This document shows positions 29,000 to 44,170 of a stretch of 64,000 bases of DNA, in pieces. Below the pieces are notes generated by a model, which saw only the letters and a list, made by a program, of their open reading frames with translations, was not told the DNA's origin and made no database searches. A program made the translations under genes and the position numbers. Position 1 is the stretch's first letter. Each line of letters begins with the position of its first letter. This DNA is from the human T2T-CHM13v2.0 reference genome, Homo sapiens, in assembly GCF_009914755.1 (NCBI RefSeq), contig NC_060929.1; one strand, written 5' to 3'.

Positions 29000-29480
29000 A
29001 TGTACCGGGCACAAATTGGGTCAGGGACTTCAGAAAAAAGCAGAACAGATATGGTCCTTGCCCCCATGGCATCCAGGGCTAGACCAAGGGAAATTGACAG
29101 GCTGTTAATTTCTGGGAGCCCAGAAGGCATTTAGCTGAGCCTTGGGTCCTGGGAGGCTTCCTGGAGCAGGAGAGGTCTGGGCCCGAGGGTCAGCAGGAGT
29201 CAGATGCCCCAGGAGGGGGAACAGCATGCGCAAAGGCTCGGGAGGAAGATGAGGTGTGGCTCAGTGCTGGGAGTGAACTAAGCACGGAGGAGGTGGGTTC
29301 AGGGTTGGGGAGGACCACAGAGGTTGGCAGGGCCAGATCATGGAGACCTTTGCAAAGATGTTAAGGAATCAGGGCCTCTTTCCAGGCATGGAGAAGAGTT
29401 TTGATGACAGGACTGACAAGTCAGCTTTGTATCTTCGGAAGAGCACCCTGGCTGCTGAGAGGAGGCCCGAGGATGGACTG
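29000..29480 (-). mobile_element. L2 remnant
   Basis: ggtccttgcccccatgg...gggaggcttcctggagcagg...ggaacagcatgcgcaaaggc...ggccagatcatggagacc. Confidence 0.7.
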
Positions 29481-30111
29481 GAGGGAGGGAGACTATGAGG
29501 AGGAGAGTGGGATGAAGGGAAAGGGGTGGGGCTGAGGGTTTCCCAGGCCAAATACTGCCGTGGGTGTGGGGTGAGGAAGAGGAAGGTTAGAACGGTGGCC
29601 GCCAGCGAGGCCTGGCAAGGGCGTGGGAGAGCAGCTTTAGCGGGAGGCAGATGGCCAGCGAGGTGGGGCGGCTGTGGACATTTGGGGGGGATGACTGTCC
29701 GAAGGCCACGAGGGTAGGTTTAGTGGCTGACAGATTCATTCACTCATTCATCTATTGTGGCCCACTTTGGACCAGGCCCTGGACTGGGCCGAGCCAGTGA
29801 ATGAAAGATAACTTGTCTCTGCACTTCAGGTGGGAGAAAGGCAGTAATGAAGGGATGTATTATCCAAGGACTACCAGGATGTGGAGAGCAAGGAAAAGAC
29901 AGCAGAAGTGGGAGGTGGGGCTGCCAGGACTCAGGAGGGGTGGCAATTCTACTCAGGAGGACCAGGGAAGGTCTCATGAAGAAGGAGGCTTGTGAAGAAA
30001 CTGTGCATCCGTTCCTCCGTCGGCCCATCCATTCATCTGTATGTCCAGCAACACTGGGAGAGGCACCAGCGGGAGGAAGTGAAGGAGTACGCTGCAGAAC
30101 TTAACCTGTGA

Positions 30112-30586
<475 letters not shown>

Positions 30587-31291
30587 TGGATTTTTTTCTT
30601 TTTATAAATCAAGTCTTCTTTTTAATGTTATTTCAAAGGTCTGTGGGGCATCACGACCCAGGTCCCCAGCACTAGCCTGCTGTCCTGTCTCCTCCCCAGG
30701 GCCAGGCTGACCTCTCACTTTTACCGTCTTCAGAATGGCTGAGTGCAGACCTGTCTCCTCCAGTGTGCAGGCTGCGACACAAGCCATGAGGCACAGTCAC
30801 CAGAAACTATTGGCCGGCTTTGGGGGCTCAGGCCTTGATTCCAGCTCCTGTTCCGCCTCTGACCCACCATGTGGCCACGGGGAGTCCTCCTCACTTTGCT
30901 AGGCCCCTTCCTTCCTCTTTATAATATGGGTCGGAGAGTCCATACCTGCCTTCCTCAGAGGGCTGCTGTGAGGGTCAGATGAGGGAATGGACTTGAAGAT
31001 ACCCCAGGTGTTTGTTAAGCACCTACTGTGTGCAGACACAAGGTGAGCAGAATAGTCCTGGTTCACGCTCATGGAGTCATGGTCTGTGGAAGGGAGAGAC
31101 ATTAGTCAGATAAGCCCCCGGGCTGGGCACTGCGGGCAGGCTCAGGGCACACAGCTGTCCAAGCCGAGACAAGCCAGGGACATAGGAAGCCATTTGTGCC
31201 CCACTCAGAGGCAGAGTCCTCGGGCAAGGCCCTGGCAAAGGAACTGTGGTGAGGTGTTTGTGCTGAGGTCTTGGGAATCAGCTCTTACCGG

Positions 31292-31827
31292 TGTCTGAAA
31301 ACGTAGGTTTTGTCATTGCTGTCCAGGTGTGGTGAGGCTAGCAGATCAGGGCTAATTTCCATTGGAAAGTGTGTTTGTGACTCATAGTTCTCAGGAGGAG
31401 AGGGGATGCCACACCCCAAAGGACCACACAGAAAGCACCAGGGCCAGTTGAGAGGCAGAAGGACAGATGGGAAAATGTGGGCAAGAGCCTTTGTTATCAC
31501 GTCTGCAGGAAGGAGCGGGTGAGGCAGGGTAAGCAGGCTTAGGATTGACTAGTTGGAATAGTTGAAGGGGGTTCTGCAGCATAGGGTTTGTCCCTAGATG
31601 TCTTTGCCTGGCCCTGGTGTGATCAGGGCAGGGGGAGAGTGGCTGTTGTGTGTGAGCTGGATGGAAGACGTGGTGGATGTGAGCTCTGGGCTGGTTAGTT
31701 TGCAGAGGAAAGGCATGCTCTCGAGGAGTGGTTCACTAACCTAGGAATTGGCCAGTCCTGTCATTGTCAGTCTCCAGGGTCAGCGAAGCCACAGATGTCA
31801 AAGCATCAGAATTACATGGTTAATACA
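31292..31827 (-). mobile_element. ERVL solo LTR (MER74-type)
   Basis: Reverse strand begins tgtattaaccat...ttctgatgctttgacatctg, contains ccaactagtcaatcctaagcctgcttaccctgcctc; TG...CA termini. Confidence 0.8.
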
Positions 31828-32800
31828 CCCAGCTCCCAATCTCTGCTCAGCAATTCACAAGCTTTGTGACCAGGAAGTTATTTGGCTTCTCTTTGGTTCA
31901 ACTTCCTCGTCTACAAAATGGGAGTGATAATCCCTTTCCCCTGGGCTGTTAGCGGTGGCTGATGGAGTGTGGGTGCTAGCAGAGGCTTTTTGCCTGGGTG
32001 ACTGGGCTTGCTGCGTTCCCCTTTCTGGGATGCTGACTTTACTGGTGAACTGGGAGGCGGAGGCTTAGAAGCAACTAATGCCCCTCTCTTGACTGTTCTG
32101 CTGCCTGGGTCCACAGTCCTGGGCCTGCGGGCAGCCTCGACCCCTTCCTTCTGATTGCAAGACTGTGTCCCTTCAAAACCCCACTTCCCCTGGCTTTTGT
32201 GCACTGTGTAGCCCTAAAGGGTCCCAGGGAAAACCAGCTCCAAATCTCCAAGCACCTGCTGTGGGCCAGGACGTCCACAGGCACCACCTCTTGTAACTTC
32301 ATCTCCACAAGACTGCATGGTCAGCGTTTTTTCTCCCCATTCTACAGATGGGGAGACTGTGGCTGAGGGTGAGGTGACTTGCCTATGCTGACTCAGCAAT
32401 TCGAAGCTGTCAGGGCTGTTGTGTGTACCTGTGCATGTCTTCACCTCACAAGGCACCCAGATGCGAGGGGAGCAGGACTAAAGTCTAGCCCAGACCCTTC
32501 AAGCCAGCTGTGTGCTGCGGGCTGCCTGTCAGCCAGGAGGGAGGGCACCTTCAGTGTAGGGGCTTAGGTACTACTAGGGGGTTTAGGCCCAGGTGCACTC
32601 TTCTCTCTGCTTCTTTTCTAGGGACAGGAGTGTAGAGGCAGGTACATCCCAGCCTCCTCAGGCGAGGCTTCTCCTTCCTCCTGGCGCTGGAAGGATCTGT
32701 CCTGGGGTCCTGGGTGGGCTGGAGACCGGAGTTGCCTCAAGGACACAACCTTAGGCCTGTTTTGGGCCTAAAGGTTCACTTCCACGCAGGGTGTAAGGGA

Positions 32801-33707
32801 AACACACCCCCCCCACATGTATGCACACACACACACACCACATACACACACACTCCCACGCACACACACACACACCACACAAACGCACACATACACCCCA
32901 CACACACAGACACCACACACACATACACACACCACACACATATATCACACACACCACACACAGACACCACACACACCCCACACACACACGTACGCACACA
33001 CCACGCACACACATACACACACACATACACCACACACACACATATACCACACACACACACACACCACACACACACATATACCACACACATACACCACACA
33101 CAAACAGACCCCCTCACACACACACAGTCACCATACATATACACCACACACACATACACCATACACACATACACATACACATACCACACACACATCTCAC
33201 ACACACACACCACACACACACCCACACACATACACACATACATACACCACACACACACACACACAGACCACCCTCACACACATACACCACACACACGCCA
33301 CACACACATATACCACACACCTACACACACCACACACAGACACCACACACACACCACACACACCATACACACAGACACCACACATATGCACACAGACACC
33401 ACACACACATACACACACCACACACACCACACACGCACACCACATACACACACACACGCACACCACACACACCACATACACACACACCACACACACACTA
33501 CACACACACGCACACCACACACACACCACGTACACACACACACGCACACCACACACACACCACATACACACACACCACACACATGCACACCACACACATG
33601 CGCACACACACGCACACCACACACACACCACACACGCACACACACACGCACACCACACACACACACCACACACCACACACACGCGTGTGCACACACACAC
33701 AGACACA
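32801..33707. repeat. ~900 bp degenerate CA-rich tract
   Basis: Interrupted (CA)n with recurring caccacacaca, catacac and cacgcac units. Confidence 0.95.
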
Positions 33708-34374
33708 GGTTTCCCTGAGCTTGATTTTCCATGCACCAAGGGCAAGGCTTTCCCCAGCCCCTGCCTGTGGTGACCATGTCCTTGGTGGGACGCTGAGGAC
33801 GGGTGTGTGTCTGTGTGGGAGGGGAGCGGGGAACAGGTAATTACCCAGGTGTGTGTGATACACAGAGCATGTTTGCTGTGACATCCTCTAGAATGTGACC
33901 GGTGTGTGTCCTGGGATGCGGTGTGCATAATGCTGCGTGTGGGGTGTGCTATGTGTGCTGTTTGTGGGTGTGGGTGTCACTGATGACTGGGCGGAGCGCT
34001 CATACTGGCAGGTCCCAGGAGCACGTGGCGGGTTGGGATGCACCGTGTGGGCAGCCGGCTCAGGCCCAGGAGCAGTTTCTTCCCCCGGAATCAAGTCATA
34101 GCCTCTCCATCCAGCTTATTTCCATTTGCTAGGACCCGTCTGGCGCCAAGATTTTAGGCTAGCGTGATCCCTCAGTTCTGGAGTTTTCCGCAGCCACAGC
34201 CTTCATGGGCAAAGGAAGAGGCCAAGAACAATAGCGGCACCTTCCTCTGGGCCCCCAGGAGAGGAAGGCCATCAGGTGGGGAGGGCTCTCTGGATGCGAG
34301 GACAGGGCCAGGACTGACCTTCGTGTGTCATTTTCTTATTTAATCCTTTTCACGCCTGTGAGAAAGGGTCACCA

Positions 34375-34780
34375 AATCAGTCAGGGACCCAGCAGGAAAC
34401 GGGAGGTTGAAGAGGAGTCCCGGGGCTACCAATTGTACCAAGCTGTTACCTCCCTCTGCCTGGCATGAAACTGGCAAGAGCTGGACAGGAGCTGTGGCCA
34501 CTGCCACCCCCTAATGACCGTCGAGGAGGGGCCAGGGGAACCAGTGCCGCAGCCTCTCTCCTCCCATTCTCCGAGCTCCGTCGGCACTGGCCAGCCCAGC
34601 CAGAAGACAGAGGGTGGGGGGCCAGGGTGATGGCTCCTGTGGAGGTCAGGCTCTGGGTTCACAGCAGGTGGGGAAGGGTGGGGAGTGGCTCTGGAGAGGC
34701 AAGCAGAGACCTCCCAGAGCAGTTCCCATCCTGGCTTTATGGAGGAGGGCACCATAGTGATATCCACTGCCCAAGGTCAC
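34375..34780 (-). mobile_element. Old ERVL LTR remnant (LTR33-like)
   Basis: atcagtcagggacccagcaggaaac start and gctgttacctccct motif; heavily diverged. Confidence 0.45.
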
Positions 34781-34977
34781 CCATGCGGAGGCTGCAGAGC
34801 CAGAATTGAAGCCTGGCTCTGACGGAGGACTCCCACCCACTGGGAGTCGGTGGGCTGGTCGAATACCCTCTCAGCCTCCAGTCAGACCACAGCCCCCACG
34901 GGGCCTCTGTCTCAAGACTTTTGGGAGGGGCGAATGAGGTCTTGAAACTGTAGCAGAGGATCTTTGATCTGAGTGGC

Positions 34978-34982
34978 AAAAA

Positions 34983-35017
<35 letters not shown>

Positions 35018-35020
35018 ATA
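34978..35020. repeat. (AAAT)n microsatellite
   Basis: Direct tandem. Confidence 0.95.
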
Positions 35021-35469
35021 GTTTTTAATGCAGCTGCCAAGGTGACACAGGTGATTACCAGAATAATAAGGGGATGGGATGGGAAAGCCATGTGCTGGGG
35101 AACTCAGCTGGAACCTTGCTTTAAGAGGCCCAGAGAAGTCCTGTGGCTTGCCTCAGGTTCCCACAGCATATCAGGGGCAGAGCCAGGGCCGGTAACTGTC
35201 TCCATGTTGCTGAGGAGATCCCAGCCACGGGCTAGGAGGTCTGCTCCAAACATTCTGCCAGAATCATGGGCAGAACCCACTCAGGGTCCCTCGTCTGCTT
35301 GGGAGGGGTTCATTGCAGCCTAAGACAGGAAATAATCCAAGTGCCCATCAATAGGGCGGTGGTTAAGTAGGATATAGTCTTATGCTGGAATAAGAGGTAA
35401 GTAATGAACAGGTTGAAATGAGTCTATGACTCAGAGAAACCTTCAAGATACAATAAGAGAGAAAGCCAG

Positions 35470-36600
35470 GCTACTAATCAAGGCCACAGTGAGATGTCAC
35501 CACATCACACCCACTGGGATGGCCACAGTCCAAGAGAGAATAACAAGTGTTGGTGAGGAAGTGGGAAAGATGGAATCCTCGGACGCTGCTGGTGGGGATG
35601 TCAAATGGTACAGCTGCCATGGAAAATGGCCTGGCGGGTCCTCAAGCAGTTAAATAAAGAGATATCATGTGGCCCAGCAATTCACCTCCAGGTACAAACC
35701 CAGGAGAAATAAAAATGTGTGTCCACACAAAAACTTGTAGACGAATGTTTATAGCAGCTTTATTCATAATAGCCAAAAGGTGGAAACAACCCAAATATCC
35801 ATCAACTCAAGAATGATAAACAAAATGTGGTCTATGTTTTCTGGTTTTTTTGGTTCTGTTTTGTTTTGTTTTGTTTATTTAGTTTTTTGGGTTTTGTTTT
35901 GTTTTGTTTTTTTTGAGACCGAGTCTCACTCTGTCACCCAGGCTAGATAGGGTGCAGGGGCACGGTCTCAGCTCACTGCAGCCTCTGCCTCCTGGGTTCA
36001 AGCGATTCTCCTGCCTCAGCCGCCTGAGTAGCTGGGACTACAGGGACGCGCCACCACACCTGGGTAATTTTTGTATTTTTAGTAGAGACGGGGTTTTACC
36101 ATGTTGGCCAGGCTGGTCTCGAACTCCTGACCTCAAATGATACGCCTGCCTCGGCCTCCCAAAGTGCTGGCATTACAGGCATGAGACACTTCTCCCGGCT
36201 CAAAATGTGGTCTATCTATACAGTGGAATATTATTCAGCCATCAAAAGGCATGAAGTACTGACATGTTACAGCATGGATGAACCTTGGAAACATTATGCA
36301 AAGTGAAATAAACCAGACACAAAGGACACACATTGTATGATTCCATTTCTACGAAATGTCTGGAATAGGCAAATCTATAGAGACAGAAAATAAATTAGAG
36401 GTTGCCTGGGGCTGTGGAGTATAGAGGAATTAGTGGCTGATGGCCAAAAAGTACAGGTTTCTTTTTGCAGTACTGAAAATGCTCTAAAATTGATTGTGGC
36501 GATGGTTACACAACTCTGAATATACTAAAAGCCATTCAACTGTACACTTTAAATGGGTGAATTTTACGGTATGATAATATTTCAATAAGGCTATTTAAAA
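35470..36600 (+). mobile_element. L1MB-type 3' fragment (ORF2 end plus 3' UTR), split by Alu
   Basis: ataacaagtgttggtgagga...gctgctggtggggatgtcaaatggtacagc...cataatagccaaaaggtggaaacaacccaaat...tgtacactttaaatgggtgaatt. Confidence 0.9.
35836..36200 (-). mobile_element. AluS inserted in L1MB
   Basis: Reverse Alu with long T-rich tail; TSD caaaatgtggtctat at 35821-35835 and 36201-36215. Confidence 0.95.
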
Positions 36601-37414
36601 ACCAGGTAATTGAAGGGTAGGTAGAGTATGATTCTAAATATGTAAGGAAAACCACATACATGCAAATGATTGGGTAGGCATTAAATCTCTCTGGAAAGAT
36701 GTCATCAACAAACTGTCAGCTGGGGATGCTCAAGGAGGGGCATTGAGTGGGAGGCACAGAGGGCCCCCTTTTCACTGTGAAGTACAGTATGTCAAATTTT
36801 CACCATGTGTCTTGTTTTTCTAATGGAAATATGCCCTGCATCTGGTCCTTGCTTGGGCTGGCCCAGCCCTCCTTGAGAAGCAGGCCTTGCTCCATGGGGG
36901 CTGATGTGTCTGCCTGAGCTCATGGGAGTGGTTCTGTCCAAGAGGGCAGGTCAAAAAGTCCTCCTTCCCAGGCCTGAAATAGATTCCTGTTCAAAACCTA
37001 GCAAAGCAACTATTTTTGGCTGCCTGGCCTACCAGAGGCGGGTCCGAGAGCCTGCTAGGGCACCATGCCCAGGCTCCCAGGATGGTCGCCCTAGGGACCA
37101 TAATCAGTCCACCTCCCTGCCCAGGCTCTAAGCAGGCATTGTACCCTGCACCCATCGGATGAGATTTCAGGGGGCTCCTCTTTTAAGCCCAGTAGCAGGA
37201 CTGGTCTGTACCCCAAGGGAACAATTCTGGAGCCAGTACATACTAGGTGCTGAGTACTGTGTTAGAGGTGCCAATTATGTTGTGTCTCTCCTAGTTGCCC
37301 AGTCAAGGAGGGGCTGTCATCATCATTTTACAGGTGGGGAAACAGGCTCCAAGATCCCACCCCGGAGATGGGTCTCAAACTCAGGTCGGCTGCTTGACCC
37401 TACTACACCACTTG

Positions 37415-38275
<861 letters not shown>

Positions 38276-40579
38276 AGACCCCCAACCTCCTCTTCTTAGT
38301 GAACTACATTAAGACATCATTCTGGGAATATTGCACTGAATACAATTATTTCCCAGTTTCTCATGTGTAAAATGGACGTGCAATTGGACCAGGCCTTTAA
38401 ATCTAGGATGATTATTCATTTTTAATCAGTCACACTTTGGCTTGGGACAACATAAGAGTAGCTGGATTGGTTGATACCATCAGAATGCTTGCCTTTGTTC
38501 CCCAGACCCTAGCCTGACCCCACTGTGACCCCCTCCAGTCCCTGCTTGAGCTCCTCCTGTTACAACTTTGCCCCCATAAGAAGCAATCCAAGCCCTCTGT
38601 CCAGGCATCGTGATCTTTGGAGCTCTGCCTCCTGCCTGCTGTCCCAGCTACTGTCGCCAAAAAAGGAAGAATGGGTCCAGCCTGGACCTTGGGCTCATCT
38701 CAGGTCCCCAGTGGAGTCAGCATCCCCCAAACCACAGAGATCCCTCAACAGAAACAGGAACTGTCGGGAGAGGGACCCAGGACATGGTCACTTAAGGCCA
38801 AGTGTCAAATACCCACTCTACCCTATCCCAAGGCCCCCTGGTTGTGTTCCCTCGGGCAAGTCCCTTCACTCTCTGAGCCTCCATTTCTCCGTCTGTGAAA
38901 TGGGAGCATTGATAACTGTCGCCCCGTGGGATAGCAGCAGGAGGTCTGTGTTCAGCAGACATCTTCCCCTCCTTGTCCTGCCAGAGTGGCGGGGCTGACG
39001 TGGCAACGGTTGCCTCACCCTCCTGTACTTCCCTCCCCTCCTCCCTTCTCCCTCTAGGCTTCCTTAGACGCCCCTCATCCTGGTGACCCCTTGCATGTGC
39101 CCAGTGTCCCTCCAGGCCCCCTCGGCCCACATGGAGGGCACTTTCCCAGCCCAGGCGACTCCGGGACAAATGGATTTTGGAAAGAGCCTAGCCCTGCCTC
39201 CTGCCAGTGCCTTGGAGAAGACAAAGAAACAGGGGTCAGGGAGGGGACAGGGAGGGGGCAGGCAAGCCCTGTCCCAGCAGCCTTGGGGCCCCTGGCCGGG
39301 CAGGGTTTCCGTGAGCGGTTCTCCATTGCTCCCAAAAATAACCAAGTGTGTATCTCGTCGGCCTCACGCCGCAGATGTTTAGGATAAACCTTCGTAAATC
39401 TCTGTTAGAAAAATGCTGAAAATCAGAGGAACGTGGCAATGGCCACAGACTCACAATTTCTCTCTCTCATCTCTGTTTCTAACTCCATCTCTCTTCTCTC
39501 TCCATCTCTGTCTCTCTGTGTTCTTTCTCTCTTGTTCTCTGAGTGTCGCCTTCTCTGTCTGTCTCACTATCCCTTTCATTTCTTCCTTTCCTCAGCTCTT
39601 TCCCCCGTTATTAAGCCATGAGAGAGGCCTCAGCCTACCAGACGCCCACGGAGCACATATTTTAATGCGCCTTCACAGTCTTCCAGAAAAACAGATGCAA
39701 CATCTACGACATTCTTCCTGCTCGCTGCAACAGCAATTAAAGAGAGGATTGGGTGAGGGGGGAGGCCTGGGGAGAGGATGCGGGGAGAGGAGAAAAGAAA
39801 AGCTCCTTGTCGGGGCTGCTTCTCAACAAAGGGAGTCGACGGTGCACGGGGCTGCTTGTGTGACCGTCTAGCACTATGACATCTTTCTCCCGGAACGTCA
39901 GCTTGGGGAGGGTGGCTGGGCTGATGGTGGCTCGGTCAGCAAAGCCTGGCATTGGAGAGGCAGTCAGGGTAACCAGGGCCCAGGCTGGGGCTTTCTTTGC
40001 CAACATGATGTTGGGAGAGAGCACAGGATTCTGAGCCCTGCGTTCGGAGCCAGGCTACTTGGGCCTATTGGAACCCAGGCAGCTTCAACCCGTTCACTCC
40101 CTCACTCATTTGTTCATTCGACAAGCATGTGCAAAATCTACAGCTGTGTGGCAGGACCACGGGGTAAATCATTACAGCACAATACGAGGGCGAGTGTGAA
40201 CAAGGGTCACCTGGTGGTCCCAGTGGCCCTTCCAGGGGAGATGGCTCAAGTCTGAAGGGTGAGAAAGGCTTAGGTGAACGGGGTGGGATGGGCAGGAGTC
40301 TCCATGAGGAACTGAACTCCCACAGAGAGCACTGCAATTTACAAATGAGAAAACCAAGGATGCCCAAGAAGCTGAGAACCCAATGAGTTTGCACAGGATG
40401 GCAGAAGACCTTCAAGAAGGTATGGAAGGTTGTCCAGACCCCAGCATCATCCGTGCTGCCATCAACCAGAGCTCAGCCTCAGACGCCAACAGGGGAAGAC
40501 AGAGGCCATAAGTAAGTGAGGCTCACCAGCCAGGGACCAGCACAGAACTCAAGGATGTATGCCCGTCAATGAGGGTACC

Positions 40580-40770
40580 AAAGATTGCCATGTGTGACTG
40601 ATTGCCCAAGTTTTCATGAGAAGATCGGATATGCAGACTTTTTTAAAAAAAGGTGAAATATTATTTTCAAATGATGGTGACTTAGTTACTCTTTAAAATA
40701 TTGATGAGCCAAGCTAAATCCATCGGCAGGGCATGTGGGGTCCTCGGCTGCTGTTTGTTAACCTTTGGTT
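40580..40770. mobile_element. MER102-like hAT MITE remnant
   Basis: ttttcatgagaagatcggatatgcagacttttt...gctgctgtttgttaacctttg. Confidence 0.5.
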
Positions 40771-41082
40771 CATTCTGAAGTACCACGTGACAGCAGGCTC
40801 CACCTAAGCCCAGCATTTAGTAAGAGGCAGGCCTGATCTTCGTGGTCCCTCCAGAAGCCTTGTTTCCAGAGGGCATGTCAGTACCCACTTGAGCAAACTC
40901 AGGCCCCAGCACCCTGGCAAAGTCGATAGGCCTTGCCTTCTGCTTTCAGCCTTGGGCTTGAATCCTAACCCTGATGCTAAATAGTTGTGAAATCCTGAGC
41001 AAGTCCCGTATTTCTTTATCCTTCACCTGATTCCAAAGAGTGTTTAAGGTTCTTCCATGAATACATTAGCAATGCAAAATGT

Positions 41083-41396
<314 letters not shown>

Positions 41397-41439
41397 TTAT
41401 ATAGATAAATAGAATCAAGCAGGAGGTCAGAATCTTTGG

Positions 41440-41710
41440 AAAATAAGAGACACCAAGTAATGGAAACAAAGGTAAAGTTTGTCTACAGAGCACAGGTTCT
41501 AATGACCCTGTACCACGACTAGAGTTGGACCTAAAACATTACCTTGGGATTCCCAGCAGCCAAAGCAAAGAAGGAATCATGTTTTTGTGATTTATTGTCC
41601 TTGAAAATAAAAACATACCAGTTGATCAGAGAAGCAGTTTTCCTGGTATTGGGCTTGAGATAAAATTACTTAATGGCTCTCCCTAAAAAGACATTTGTGT
41701 GATATAATAA
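41440..41710. mobile_element. Ancient LINE remnant (L4/RTE-X-like)
   Basis: ttcccagcagccaaagcaaagaagg...ataaaaacataccagttgatcagagaagcag motif. Confidence 0.5.
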
Positions 41711-41854
41711 ATAATAATTCTATGTGCTAGTAAAAAAATTTCAATTTCCTATAGCTATTTCTTTAATGTCCTTCTATACAGGCTGATGATGTAATATCAA
41801 AACAGATCAAGTAACAATGGAGTGAGACTGAAGAATGCAGTTCTCCATTGCTTT

Positions 41855-42005
41855 AGTGGACAAGTTACTTCATGCCTCTGAATTGTATTTTTTTTCTTTA
41901 TAAAATAGACCAAATATAATGCCTATATCTTAGGATTGCTGAGAAGCTCAAGTGGAATAAGGTAAATAAAATGCCTGTGATGATTTCTGGCATGTAGTAG
42001 ATCTC
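41855..42005 (+). mobile_element. MIR SINE remnant
   Basis: ggacaagttacttcatgcctctg...taggattgctgagaag...tctggcatgtagtag. Confidence 0.65.
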
Positions 42006-42014
42006 ATGGGATTC

Positions 42015-42420
42015 ATCAGTGAGATTGCTGTAACAAACAACCCCTACATCCCTTAACATAATAACATTTTATGTATTGCTCACATCGTCCTCTAGTGTAG
42101 ATTATCGGGGCACAGAGGGCAGGTGTGTGTATAGGTGCTGTGTTGAATCCATGCAGTCATTCAGGGATCCAGGCTTCTTCTATATGTGGTTCTGCCCTCC
42201 TCTAGAATGTCAAAGTCTTCTCCAGTCAGCAGGTGATGGAGAAAAAAGTTAAAATTGGGTATGAGAAGTTTCTATGGGCCAAGACTAGAAGTGACACACT
42301 TTCACCCACAACCCATAACTTCTGCCCATAAGCCACTGGCCAGAAATAAGTTCCTTGCCACAATTAATGGAAAGGCGGGCTGGCAAAGGTGGTCTGTGTG
42401 CTGCATGTCTGGGAAGAGGA
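42015..42420 (-). mobile_element. Old MaLR LTR (MLT1I/J-like)
   Basis: gctgtaacaaacaacccc...gcagtcattcagggatccaggct...acttctgcccataagccactggccagaa. Confidence 0.7.
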
Positions 42421-42989
42421 GGATGACATGGCTGTTGGTGAGGGAGCCTGTTAGTCAGTGGAATCTCTGCCACTATCAGGAATCAAAATGAAGCTTGATT
42501 CCTCATGTTGGCCAGCAGTGAGGCAGCTCTGGGACCATCAGATTTCCCCCGGCTGTCCACCCCTTCTTCCAGACATCCTCACTGCTTTCTTTGGTCTTGA
42601 AGCACAGGAAATTTGAGCAATGGTCATTGGCCTTTCCCACATGCAGTTGTTTTTAGTTTTATGGACATGAGAGAGCAGAGACCTCCTGGGTCAGCTATTT
42701 CCTCTCCTGTTGCCGAGGCAGGGAGCTTCTTTGAGTTCACTGGCCTTTTGCCCTTTTCATCTACTTGTCTGCTCAGCATGGAATGTGCTGCTAAACAGTG
42801 GGGCTAAGGCGGAGGGGGTTGAAAAGTGCCTCAGAGGTGGTTCCTACTGTCCAGGGACTCACACTTTCACTAAGGAGGCACAGGTAGCCACATAAGCAGA
42901 ACATTCTCATACAAAATACCCAATCTCTTACCAAAATGATTAAAGGCAGTTTTCAAGGGCACATAAGTTAGAGCAAGCTACACATGTAA

Positions 42990-43210
42990 ATAGTAGAATA
43001 AGAGAAGGAACAAATGATAGAGCTGGGACATAAATGAAGCCATGAATAAACCCATTCACACAAAAAACCCTGATTACCTAGATATTTGCTGTGGTTGGGC
43101 CATGGAATCAATGTTGAGCTTCCTAGCAGCCAGCATGAAAATGGAAATTTGGTCAGTTATATAAATCACAACGATCATGCCATTTGAACAAACCAGTTAC
43201 CCAAGAGAAT
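42990..43210. mobile_element. Ancient LINE remnant (L4/RTE-X-like)
   Basis: gagcttcctagcagccagc...ggtcagttatataaatcaca...acaaaccagttacccaagagaa. Confidence 0.5.
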
Positions 43211-43714
43211 AGTAATAATAGCTAGCATCTAGTCGGTGTTTACTATTCCTTATATACCTACACAAGGCAGAGACTATTATTATCCCCACTTAATGGGGAA
43301 AGAAAAGTTTACAACTGCCCACAGTCATACAACTGGTGGGACAAGGATTGGGTAATACAGATTGTTTAAATTCAGAGCTGGGCTCTAACTCATCTCCTAG
43401 TTCTAAGACAAGAATCTCACCAATGTTCTCACAGTGTGGACACTGTGTAATAACCAATATTCTTGCAGTGGCCGTAGCAGAGGTTTCATGTTCTCATCCT
43501 GTCTCACCAGATATTTGTGCTTTCCTGCCAAAGGACGTTTCAGGTTTTCAGCTGTAGTCCCTGTGGTGAGTCCTTTCTTCTGGCAGGCTCTCATCTGGCT
43601 GCCCCCAGGGGTGGATTGGAGCATATCTGGAAAGGAAGATGGACAACTTGTCTTTGACGCACACAATCCTTGCTCAATACCATTTCTCTCAGCTGAGTTT
43701 TGACTAAATATTGC

Positions 43715-44170
43715 TTCATTCATTCAACAAATTCATCTTGAGGATACACACTGCCAGGCATGCCTCAGAGCTCTGGCCCCACCGCCATGAACACAGCAGA
43801 CAGAATCCCCATCCTCAAGAAGCTTATAGTCTTACAGAAGAGAGAGGCATTAAGTGAGTAAAAATGCAAAGAAAATACATCTTTACATGTTATGATAAGT
43901 CTATAAAGGAAGCATAACGAAGTGGGAATAATTTCGTTTGGGTTGGAGTGCTGCAAGTCCCTCTGGAGGAAATACCATTTATTCTGGAAACTAAATAAGG
44001 GCAAAGAGATGAGATAAAAGCCTTCCAGGCCAAGGGAAGAGCATGGAGAAAGGCCAAGTAGAGAAATAGCTTAGAGGGTTCAAGGAGCTGCAAGTCAACT
44101 GAGTTGCTGGAATATGGTAGATGGGTGGTTAACAGGTGAAATCAGAGAGATGAGCAGGAGCAAGAGCGTG
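43715..44170 (-). mobile_element. L2 3' remnant
   Basis: ttcattcattcaacaaatt...cacactgccaggca...cctcaagaagcttatagtct. Confidence 0.75.

Noticed and set aside
32714-33928. His/Thr-rich and Cys/Val-rich ORFs up to 339 aa
   Set aside because: Translations of the CA/TG tract.
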